This document shows positions 50,286-61,900 of a stretch of DNA of 64,000 nt, piece after piece. The translations under genes were made by a program, and so were the position numbers. The notes beneath the pieces are model-generated. The model saw only the letters and a program-made list of their open reading frames with translations. It did not search any database and had not been told where the DNA came from. The stretch covers positions 9,300,001-9,364,000 of the forward strand of contig NW_024704750.1 in assembly GCF_018977255.1 (NCBI RefSeq), given 5' to 3'. Within the stretch, counting starts at the first letter, position 1, and every line of letters begins with the position of its first letter. Source of the stretch: Callorhinchus milii. Lineage: Eukaryota.

Positions 50286-50539
50286 TGCAGGGCGAAACCT
50301 TGGGCAAGTTTCCTTACTCCACACGCCTAATAATAATCCCTCCAAAATCCAAAACAATAATAAATTGATAATTTTCAATCTACGACTGTTTGTGGGACAT
50401 TGCTGTGCGCAATTGGCTGCCGCGTTCGCCCACAAATATACGGTCAATTCACTTTACAGTGTGTTCTGTGAAGCGCATTGGGACGTCCTCCCGACGTGAA
50501 AAGCGCTATATCAAATGCAAGGATTATTATTATTATTAT
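50286..50539 (+). mobile_element. 5'-truncated SINE, probably young
   Basis: GCAGGGCGAAACCTTGGGCAAGTTTCCTTACTCCACACGCC...GGGACGTCCTCCCGACGTGAAAAGCGCTATATCAAATGCAAGG(ATT)n. Confidence 0.9.
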
Positions 50540-50627
50540 CACAACCGAGCCCGATCCTGTGCTCACCACACACAGAGCCATCTCTGTAGCAATGTTAAGG
50601 GATAACAATCAGAGTGGGAAAAATACT

Positions 50628-51028
50628 CTTCTTTCTCTCTGTCTGTCTGTGTGTGTGTATGTGTGTGTCTCATTCTCTGTATGTGTGTGTGTGTGTGTCT
50701 CTCTCTCTTTCTCTCTATATTTGCATGTGTGTGTGTGTCTCTTTCTCTGTGTATCTCTTTCTCTTATGTCGGTGTGTCTCCCTTTCTCTCTCTATGTCTA
50801 TGTGTGTGTCTCCCTATGTCTCTCTTTCTCTCTACGTCTGTCTGTGTCTCCCTTTCTCTGTCTGTCTGTGTCTCCTTTTCTGTGTCTCCCTCTCTGTCTG
50901 TCTGTCTGTCTGTCTGTCTGTGTGTCTCCCTTTCTCTCTATGTCTGTGTGTATGTGTCTGTCTCCCTTTCCCTCTCTGTGTGTGTCTCCCTTTCTCTCTC
51001 TGTGTGTGTGTGTGTGTGTGTATATATA
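50628..51028. repeat. Compound (CT)n/(GT)n/(CTGT)n microsatellite, about 400 bp
   Basis: Nearly A-free low-complexity tract with a recurring TGTGTCTCCCTTTCTCT unit, directly upstream of the ZFYVE26 CpG island. Confidence 0.95.
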
Positions 51029-51029
51029 C

Positions 51030-51800
51030 CCGAGTCTCTCCCCGCCTTTCCCCAGGAGACGGGTTCGCCTCTGGTTGCTCTGGAGACGCCTCGCGGGCGG
51101 GCGCGGTGCGGGCGGGCGGGCGCGGGCGCGTGTGTGTGGTGGGGGGTGACCTGTGACCCGTGACCCCGGGTGAAGCCGCGGATCAGGTGACGGGCGGGTG
51201 TCACGTGACGCGTGTCCATGGCCGAGGGGAAGCGGCGGAGGAGTCGGAGGTGAGCGCTGTGACGGGAGGGGTGGGGTGGGGGCCTGTCCCTGCCGGAGCC
51301 GCCGCTGACTGACTGACTGACTGACTGACTGCCAGAGCCAGGAGCCGACCGACCGACCACCCCCCCTCCGTGGCATCAAGTAAGGAACTTTTATTCCAGG
51401 TACGTGACCGACCTGAGAGGCGTGAATGTCGGTAACACAGCAGCCCGGGGCCGCCTGCGACTGGAGGACCCCCCCCCAAGGCTCGCTCCGGACTGAGTGA
51501 GCCCCAGGAGCTCATAGCATAGGTACAGCACAGGAGGAGGCCATTCGGACCATCGCCCCGCCCTTGGCAGAGCTATCCAATTCAATCCCCACCCCCACTT
51601 GCTCTCCCCCCCCTCTCTCCCCCAAACCCCCCTTCCCCCCCCCCACCCCTCCGCGCGCTCCCCCCGCAGCCCTGCAAACTTGCCCTCCGCCAAATAATGA
51701 TCTGATCATTCGCCGTTGCGCGGAGACCCGATATCTCACCAGAATCTTCAGGAAACCGCCGTCAGAAATTGGGCTCCGCTCAAATGCTCAATTTTATGTT
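51030..51800. promoter_or_regulatory. CpG island: promoter and probable non-coding first exon of ZFYVE26
   Basis: CpG-dense block with GC boxes and a perfect GTCACGTGAC at 51200-51209. Candidate donors at 51250 (GAG|GTGAGC) and 51380. It lies about 1.6 kb upstream of the first coding exon. Confidence 0.75.
51512..51696 (-). mobile_element. CR1 3' fragment embedded in the ZFYVE26 CpG island
   Basis: TCATAG...TACAGCACAGGAGGAGGCCATTCGG...GAGCTATCCAATTCAATCCC...GCCCTGCAAACTT aligns by eye with 25775-25900. Confidence 0.7.
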
Positions 51801-52912
51801 TTATTTATGCGTCCCCGAAGCCTCCCCATTTTTTTTTGGGGGGGGGGAAAAACTGGAAAACCAGATGTACCCGATGGGTTATTTATGCCCCTCGCTTCAC
51901 GGAGCATAGTTCTCAACATCTGGAAGTGATGATGATCAAGAGGTTTCACTTGTTCTGTGTCGCCTTCTTTCTTCCCTCCCACACACACACACACACACAC
52001 ACACCACCGTCTCGTCAACCAGTGCTTGATCGTGGATTTCGTACTCCAGGTGCCATTCTTTATGTGCATATCCCTGAAGTAACTCATTTTTTGACTGGGC
52101 ATCATAACTGAGCCTGATTTTTATCTAGACCTATCAACCACACAATGTCTCGCGGATTCTGATCAGTGTTCATTATTTTCACCTCTCCTCAACCCAGGAA
52201 TGTTGTTGTGGCTTCATTGGTGCTTCAGCTTAGACCACTGATGTTGGACTCATTTAAAGACAAGCTATCTGGGACTTTTATCAGTTTATCTCTTTCCCAG
52301 TGATGTGCCAAGGCTACAGGGATACAGATTGTCTAATACCATGTGACAATCTAAGCTCAGTATTTACATCTATATGAGCTGCTCTCCATTTAAAATCTAT
52401 TGGGGGTGTAATTTACTTTAATTCTTCGCTAGCATTTCTTCAAGTCTTCTGACAGAACATAAGCAGTGTAGTTTACTTTGTGAGACTGGAGGTATTGCAA
52501 TATTTTAATCAATACTTGAATTAATACTCTAGTAAGTAACTGGGTCTGAAATATTAGGGAACTGATTTGAAACAAAAGCCGAGTAAACACAAAAGAGCAA
52601 CAAGAGCTGTCAATTTGTGGAAGTGACAATAATCTTGATTGTTCAATATGTTCTTTTGGCTTTCTTTGCTTTTGGACAGCACTCCTCAGGGCTTTATGAT
52701 ACTTTATTGTGTTCTCTGCCACACCTAAATTCAAAAGCTCATTCATTTACCTTTGTTTATCTATCTATGTAGTTAATGACAATCAAAAAGATAATGGATC
52801 AAAAGATTAGACAATATATTGTAAATGGTTGATTAGTCTATAATATAAAAAAACTATTTTGCCAAAGGAAACCTTTCTATTGTGCCTGGTCTCTGGAATG
52901 GCATCTGACAAA

Positions 52913-55900
52913 ATGCATCCATTTGGGAGAGAGGAAGAGGACTCATTGGAGAGGCTTTTCGTGTTCTTCTGCGAAAGCATACGTCAAGGACAGTGGGACC
53001 TGGCACTGGCCTGTATACCTCAACTGAGGCAATGGCAAGGTGATGGAGCAGAGCAAGTGAAGGAAATCCTTCAGGCTATAGTAGCCTGTCCTTACAAGCT
53101 AAGGTGAGAGTTTCAATACCATATTCAATTTCATTGCAACATTTCAGTGCTGCCTTGTGCGGGCATATTGTCTCAGCAGCGCTCCTATGACTGACTTTGT
53201 GAGGGCAGTGAGTGTTTGTCGACTGTTTGACCTCATGGGTAAAAAACACTGCCTGGTGCAGTACTTGATCATATAGAAGGTTGAAATTCTGTATTTTGCT
53301 GACCGAGCTAATCTTAGTATGGTTTGGCTATGGTTTAATGATACTATTATTGAACAAATAACATTAAAACCTTACTCAGAATGATGCCTGAGAGTTATAT
53401 GTTTGTGTTTTACATGTTTCTGGTACAGGTGGGAGTCCACTTCTAGTCCTCACCATCTTGCCTGGTTGTGGCTACGAGAGGTGGAACGATGGTGGCCACA
53501 AGATCAGGTAAAGGCACACCTTGTAATTGAAGTATTTCTGTGAAACGCGTGGACTGTTTGTAATGTTGCTTTTCTATTTCATTGCCAGATACATTATTAT
53601 TCAGAACTGTGATGCTAATGTACTTAAAATGAATGTTCTATTGCAATAGATGCTGCTTCCGTCATTTGCCAGGGGAAAGATTGAATTTTTTCTTCTTCTG
53701 GAACAGTTGCAACCTGAGATTTCACAAGATATAATAAAGGTAAGTGTTTTGACGTTGTGACGCTCTTCACTTCTCATTTTTCTGGAAATGACTTGTTCAA
53801 AAACGCAGGGCCTGCATTGATATAGCTAGAGTTCAGCTGGTTCCCTGGCAGTATGCAATTCTGGTGATGGCATTTCTGATGAAGTGCTTTTCCATTTTTG
53901 GTGTAGAGTATCATTATTGAGCATGGCCAGGAGCAGAATAAAGCGTGAACCCACAGCTCTGTGACTCAGAGGCTAGAGTGTTACCAACTGAGCTTGGTTG
54001 CTATTCCCAAATTGATATGCTTTTGTTCATATAACAGAACAAGATGTTCTCTGAAATGTGATTATTTACTTTCTCTGTACAGGAGCTGTATGGTGCCTTT
54101 TTGAATAGTCATAACCTGGAAAAGAAAGGGGATTGCTCTCAACTAAGTCTGGAGGCATTGTCCTTCCTGTGGCACCTATTGCGCAGTCGTCCTCGCCTCA
54201 TGCAGGCTGTGGTTGCTTACTTACTGATTGAAAACCCAAACAGCGTTGGCGTAGAATACAATTACACACTGCAGAAACAATTTGTTGACTTCTTGAGGGA
54301 TGCCCTGTGTTCTCTGAAGGAGCCTGAAGGTGGTTCTGCCTCGGGTGGACGTGAATGGACTGTGAAACAAATCTATTCGGTTGTATCTGTGCTTACTTTC
54401 AATGTGGAAAAGCAGTTGTGTGAACTCCGACAGTTATGTGAAGAGCTCTATGATGCTGTATGTACAGTAGAGTATGGATTGAGTGAAGAGCGATTACTTG
54501 GTTGTATGCTGCGGAACCAAGATCAGGCTCTGATCAGTTTGTACACTACTGTAGCTACTGACAAGAGGAAAGAGAAGTTCCTGACACAGATGCCAACTGA
54601 AAAAGGTAATGTGCTACAGTCTATCCCTCAGTTTTAGTCCAACCATTTTTCTCTTTCCTTTCCCCCACCTCATGTTGAATGATAGTAATGGAAGACGATT
54701 AGTTAGAGTGAAAATAATATTGCTAGGATTCCTTGAGGGTCAATTGGCACCTGGAAATAAAAATGTGTTAACATTTATGTGTTAACATAATGTGTTAAAA
54801 TGAAAAATATGTTAACATTTTTGCGGGAGCTTTCATTGGCAATGTTTTGCAGACTGATTCTTTGCAAATCACACATTTAGAAAGCCTTCTGTCAGGTCAA
54901 TTTTCTTCAATTGTTTTCCCAATCTTCCCCCCATCCCTTGTGTACTTCCTGGTCAGTGACTCATGCGGAAAGTTTGTACCAGTGACCCTCAAGTCCAGTG
55001 CAGACAATAGCCAGGATACACAGTGCATCGGGTGGGAGGGTGGTCAGAGGCTTTCAGTAACCCTACTATCTTTGTTTTGTTTGATGTTGAATCACTTTAG
55101 GTCTATTTTAACTTTTCCCTCCTTTTTGTTTTCAGTTTCTCTTGAAGTATCAGAAGCTGAAAAGATGACACTGGCATTATTTACAGACTCTGAGGAACTT
55201 TCTGCCTGGAAGACAGCTTACTTCTACTGTACAAGCAACAGTAAGCACTTCCTGGAGCAGGTTCTGGTACGTACTGGGACTGGGGGGAATGGAATATGTT
55301 GATTTTAGTTTCAGAGTTAAATGTAGTTAATGACAAAATCTGGAGTAAAAGTTCACGTAAAGAATTGTCTGCAAAATACAATGCCTCCTCATTATAACTC
55401 TCCCTGGTTTAGCATTACCTTGCTTGTGTTGCACGGACCTGGGCTAATCAGGAGCATGATAAACCCGGTTTCTAGAGCAGAGTAACCTTGTACTTAAAAA
55501 TGGTTGTAAAGATATTCATAAAAGATAATTATTGGAGGAGGTATTCTGTTTCAGAAGGCATAGAATTTTTTAGACACGAGTTTCTACTGAAATCAGCCTT
55601 TGTCATCACTGGGACATTCCAGCAAAATTAACAAAGGGGATGCTGTACATTTCTTCTTTGGTGAGAGGCTGTTGTGTGGGCAATGACACGTGCACTTGTT
55701 TCTGATAAACGACCAGGCTTTTCTGTTTCCTGTGGAGATGCTGCACACAATTAACTTTTGTTTTATTAGACCTTCAAATTCAAATTACTTTCATATTTGA
55801 GGTGAAATCTGAGAGATCCAGCTGCTGAGACAGTATCACTTCCTTCTTATAAAACGTAGACACTTTCTTAGGTTCTCATTGGTGTAGTAAGTAATGTCCA

Positions 55901-58900
55901 ATCAAAGCTTCATTGCTACAAGTGTTAAGCTCTGGATGCAACGATAGAGTACCTAGCACCGATGCTTAGTTGGCTTTGTGAAGTGCTTTGAGATATTCTC
56001 CCGATATCAAAGGTGCTATTTAAATTCAAAGTGGGAAGTATAAATATTTCCCAATGAGCCTGCGTGTAGGACAGTGTAAGTGGTTTTATGCCGGATCTAA
56101 ATATTACCGAAGCTGCTGTGTGACCAAACAATAACCAGAAGCTGAATTGCAGACCCTCCTCGCCAGTAAATTGATACAGTAGTATAAGTATTATGAAGAA
56201 TAAAGTGTAGGGCATTAATCTGATCCTGATTAGATATCCTTTAGATAGTTATAGCCTGTTCTGATTTTTATCTTGTGAATTTCTCACAAAGGATACTGCT
56301 TTCATATTGACCCCAGGCATCATTATTATTGTGCAGTGATGGTACCCTTCTCTCCACCACTAATCTACACTAACTGTAGGTCCTGTTTGGTAGTCAGAGC
56401 CAGTGGGAGTAGCATTGTAATTTGAACAGAAAGCCACTTGTAGAGTGGGCTTCCTGCTCTGCAATAAATTATATTTTAATTTTCCACTGACCAGCTGGCT
56501 TGGGACCAGAATGAGAAGCAGATTTAAGCTTTATGAGCATATGGTTGGAAGAATGCACCTATACATTTTCAGTTGCCGTAATTTTTATTTTGATAGATCA
56601 CTGGTCTGGGATTAATAAAACGTGAGAATTACTGCACTTTAAGCGAACTGCTGAAGCGGACGTTTAAGCCCCTTGCACGTCTGCTGGTGTTGCTGGGATG
56701 GACCTGCTGCCGAAGTCTTGAATCGGCACAGTCTCTGCTGCGCACCCTCCATGAAGGCAAGGTAAGCACGACGTTGATGGGTGAAGGCGTGAATTTGCCT
56801 AGTTATGCATCAGCTGGGATTTTGTTGTGATTTGATGAAAGCTCATTTACAGTGATGGCATAAATGCTATGAAGAGACTTGTTTACAGAAGGTAAATGAG
56901 CACGTCTACAGGCCAGTTTTGCAGCTCGATCCCCGTCCCTCCATCCCACCATTACTGGGCAAGCAACCCGGGTCTTTACCAAAATATGATGGTGAGATCC
57001 TGAGCCAGAGGGTCTTGTGTTCACTAAAACATCTTCCTGGTTCCTGGGATAATCACCATTTTATGTTACTGGGCTCCTTCCTTAATGATGGCTTTGTCTC
57101 AAATGTATGATTGGGCCATGAAATTACTGTGTTTAATTGCATGTTTGTATATTGCATTACTTTTAGGAAGAGTTTAATGCGCAACTTTGTGAAATTATTG
57201 ATAACATAGTGTTCATATACAGAGCATTCTTCTTTCTTTAGGAGCTGTGTTATGATGTTGTACTGCAAGACTTCTGTAGTGCACTTTCTACTCACACCGA
57301 GGTCCTTGAATGGTGTTTGAAACAGAACAGGTAATCTCCTTGATGTTCTTTCTCTGCCAACCTTTCTATTCACTTTGCCATGCTATATCATTTACATTCA
57401 TGGCTTAAATGAACTGTGGTTTTTACTTGGTAGTTTACATCCTCGTTTGAATCCATTATTGAAGGAATGGTTATCTGATACTGAGGGACTGTTGCATCGT
57501 TGGGAGGACAGCATGTCCCAACAGGGCAGCACTCACTTGTACCACCTTGTTACCATAAATTAACAGCTCAAATCCTGACATAAATCTTATAGGTCTTCAA
57601 TCTGTAAACTTCTCACCAACAGACATAATGCTGCCAATTGAGCCTGACTGGTTTACACAAAAACATACACATTACGAGGAAGAACATTTGCATTTATTTT
57701 TAACAGTAACCTGTGGGTGTAGAAATTCTATTGTTAATGACAAGCCAAAGAAGTTTGGCATGTTTCTGTTCTTGAGGAGATCTTTTCTTTATAAATCCCC
57801 AGCAACAGCGTACGTAATGAGGAGTTTATTCAGCACCTGTACAGTGTGGATTGCCATTCTGCTTTGTACAGTTTAAATCGCCTTACCAACCTTCCTGCAT
57901 TGAAAGTGAAAGATGTCACTGCCCTTCTTCAGAAACAGCCAGCTAATTTCAATGGTGATAATAGTGAGTTTTTCAATTTACTTCAATAATTTACTTATTC
58001 TGGGAATACGATATGGATCATGTATTTTAAGGGAGGATTGAAGAAAGAAATTTCCAAAGGCAATGCAGTTTGAATGTGGGTGGTTTAAATATGTAAATCA
58101 GCTTAAAATGGTCATCTTGTATTGAACTGAGAGGATAATATTGGGTGAGTTGATGCAGATTTTTAAAAAATCTAATTTATTCATGTTAATTTTACATTGT
58201 TGTTCAGGTGCAATAGGGATACATTCTGCTTGGGTCTAGATTTACTCTATTTTAGAGCAGAGTTTTTAATTCAGTTTTAACTTTGAAGTCACTTTCCTGT
58301 AGTTCTTAAAATAACTTCTAGAAAATTCTGTAAATTCTGCCAAATTTAGGACACTCTAAAATACGTGAACAGATTAAATCTGGACCCAGGTAAAATTTCT
58401 TTCCAATCTTTGTGGTTGAGTGTGATTTGGAGAGTAGAGGCACCTGGGTAGATGTTACTCCTAACTGGACACAAGGAAATACATGAAAGGTGCACTGGAC
58501 AATATTTCTGTAGTTGTTCTCTTACACGTAGGGGGATGTGGAGATTCTGTTGCCTTTGTGTTTAGTCACTATTAACATGCTGCCTTCTTATTGCAGGATC
58601 ACTTGCCATGATTCAGAGAAGGAACTTAACGCTCTATCAAGCATTTAGTGCCATCAAATATGCCATATACTCACTTTGTGTTAATGCTCATGAAGGGTCA
58701 CAGTGCATAGACTGCCCGTATTCCTCACTGGATACAGCTGTTGAAGATGCTTTGCTTGACAAGGAGTTAATGAACGATCAGCTCTCCAGTTCAGGTGAAA
58801 ATAGAACATCAGAAAGAGCTTTATAAAATTGCCAATTTTACTTCCCTCACCACTTCCTTACATAAAGGCACTACTACTTGCTTGGATACAGTTCGACGTT

Positions 58901-61900
58901 GCCAGCCGCACTCTGGTATCTTGCCCAAGGGGCCATTCTTCACTGCTGAGCTAGACAGCAGCATTCAACTTGTGACTAGGGTTTTGCTAGCGAAATGGCT
59001 GTCGCATATTGCTGCACTGACAATACAGTCAGTATTGCACTTGACAATATTAACCTACTGAAGCGCTTTGAGTTTTAACATTAAAGTGCGTTGAAAATGT
59101 GTGCTATTTCTTTCCTTCTATGCCTTTAATATATTTCAATTACTATTTTAGTCTTCAGCCTATTAAAAATTACACCGAATATTTATTCATTTAATCCTAC
59201 AGGCTGTTCCAGAGTTTTCAAACTCTACTTCATCAAGTGCCAGGCTTTCCTACGTGTGATCCCAGCTCCTTTCCGCTTAGAGGTATTGGAGAACATCTTC
59301 TCTTTGCTGTTCTTGACCTACAGTGACCTATGTGGAGATAAAATAAGGACCGAAGGACAATTTGGCTTTGAGGAAGAGGGGGAGACTGAACAAATCCAAA
59401 CATTTGAGAGCAGCACAGAGCACCCAGAACAAACAGAAGGACGTACGGTAAATGTTGCCTCCAGTTGTGAGGGCACCCGGACAGATTTGGAAGAGTGTAT
59501 GCTGCAAAGGAGCTCTAGAGTTCTCTACAATGGCTCAATACTGAATCAGAAGACAGCAAAGCCTGAATCAAAAGTCACTGGATCTGAATCAGAGAGCCTG
59601 GAATATCTAGATCTGAAGCATTTTGTGACCAGCACAAAGAGTGGGAGTGACGTTTTAGTGGATGAAGTGACGATGAGCATATTCCTGGAGATGATCGAGG
59701 GCCACCTAGTGGAAATGAAGTGCCAAACTCCCCAGTTCTCTGGAATGGTGCCTGGGGAGGATGTGCAGCTCATGGAATGTCTGAGCTGTTCGATTAGCGT
59801 AGATGCCTTTGAGAACCGCCTGGCACAGCTTTCCAGGTACATCTCTGAAGCCCTGTGGAGGTACAAAGTCGTGATGAGCAACAAAACTGCAGGTAATACT
59901 TGGCGTAAAAAAGATTGTGAAAAAATAGAGTAATAGTACAGCTGAGAACTGTACACCTCCCAAAGCAGCATTTGATTCTAAAAGGTTTATACTTGGCACA
60001 AAAAGGCACCTTACAGAAGGTTAGTTTGGCTTAATTGACTTAATAATAATAATAATCCTTGCATTTGATAAAGCACCTTATTACGTCTTTGAGACGTCTC
60101 AAAGCGCTTCACAGAATATACTGTAATGTGAATTGATTGTATATTTTCATGGGCGAAATCAAACTTGCATGTGAGTAGGATTTTGTCTTGAGCCTAACAC
60201 CAGGATTTAAAACTTGTATTCTAAGATGATACCAGCATGCAATTCTCAGGGAGTGCTTCATTGTTAGATGTCCTCCAGATGAGATGATCTAATGTTGTCA
60301 ATGTTTCACAAGTTATGGGAGACAGGGTTCCTTTGTGGCGGTTCTCTTTGTGTCTAGCAATAATGTTTGTATTTTGTGTCCTGTATAGAGGGAGAACTTT
60401 ATTGTTCGACTAAAAAATACCCTGTTCCATCACAACCCCCTGCTTCAAAGAGGAGAAGCAGAGCACGAAGAAAGAGGACAGGTAAGATTTTCACAGACTG
60501 TGGGGAACAAAATCTGAGCCATAAAATCCAACAGCACATCAAATCTGTGCTGGTGTTTCTTCACATGATCCACCTAGTCGAATCCTACTCGTCCCCGTAC
60601 CCTTTCAGAATTCTTTGTCTTCAACTTACAATTGACTTCCTTGTTGGAAGAATTTGTGAACTCTGCTTAAACTACCTTACAAAAATAATTGCCTTAAGAC
60701 TTCACTGAATGAGCGTTTTCAATGGCACTACTGTGAGTGAAACTGATTTGATATTGCCAAGTTAGCTGATCTCCTTTGGGACATCAGTAGGGTTGATATA
60801 GTTGTCCTCAATGTCTCGCCTAATTATTTTACCACTGAATCCAGCATGTAAGTAGAGTGCCGCATAGCAAGATGCTATCGTAACCTATTTGCAATTCCCT
60901 TTGTTTCTGAGGGAACCTTATTCTCTGAATATCCACAGAGACTTCATGTGTACTCACAACATACAGTGGAATTTGGATAGTTTCATTAAAACACACAGAA
61001 GGAGCAGATGTTACTTTGCTCACCCTTCAGGCTCAGGATATTTATCTGTTGTCAAATATCTGATCCATATCCAATCTGTAAAACAGCAAGAAGTTGCCGA
61101 GGAAGCTGGAATGTTAGCTGATTTACAATCACTATGATTTTCTCACTCAGCTTCACTTAGGTTTGATTTTCTGTTTTGACAGAATGCAGCAATGGTTCCC
61201 ATCTAACAGTGGAGAGTATGAGTGGAGATTTAAGTCCCAGCACCTCAGGTATGATCATACTCTGAGCACAGGATGTGCCTTTCAATGTATATCTTCAACG
61301 TACAAAACTATTAACAGTGCACAAATGACTTATTTAGTCTTTTTTAAGGAGTGTGTCAATGAGAATTTCCTTTTTCCTCACTTTATAATGGTGGGTCTGA
61401 GCTGAGCATGGAAACTCAATTGCAAACTCCACATTGAAATCCACCAGTAGGTATTTTATATTGTAGTTAACAATATCAGCAAAGCTGTTGAAATGTAATC
61501 ATTTTGAAAAGGAAAAAATAGAACTGTCTTGGCCAAGGCTGTTTTATATACATTGGAACTATCTCATTATAGTTCTCCAGACTTTTTTTATAACTCTGTA
61601 AATAATTTTGCCCGCATTATTTGCACATCCTTAGTTGCCATGAGAAAATGGTGGTGAGCTTTCTCTTTTAAACCACTGCAGTGTGTGTTGTGAAGGTGCT
61701 TCCACTGTGTTGTTTGAAGGAATTTGACCACTTGATATTTACTGATGTTTAATTGTTCCAGATGGGAGTGTTGGAAACCTGGTCGGCACAACTGAACAGG
61801 GCTGTAGGTCTCCAGATCAAAAGCGAAAGCTTCTAATACCATTGATGTTGGCTCCGCCAGAGTCTCTTCTGATTTCCTGTATCCTGCGAGGAAACTTTAC

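Noticed and set aside
51218-51249. ATG in good Kozak context (MAEGKRRRSR) before a donor, as a possible ZFYVE26 N-terminal extension
   Set aside because: It ends in phase 2, whereas the nearest acceptor (52868) is phase 0 to the ZFYVE26 frame; at most a uORF, and the exon structure is uncertain
50478-51379. ORFs of 170-223 aa rich in C/V/S/L or R/T/H
   Set aside because: Microsatellite and CpG-island artefacts
59546-60009. Antisense ORFs over the large ZFYVE26 exon
   Set aside because: Shadow ORFs of a real coding exon
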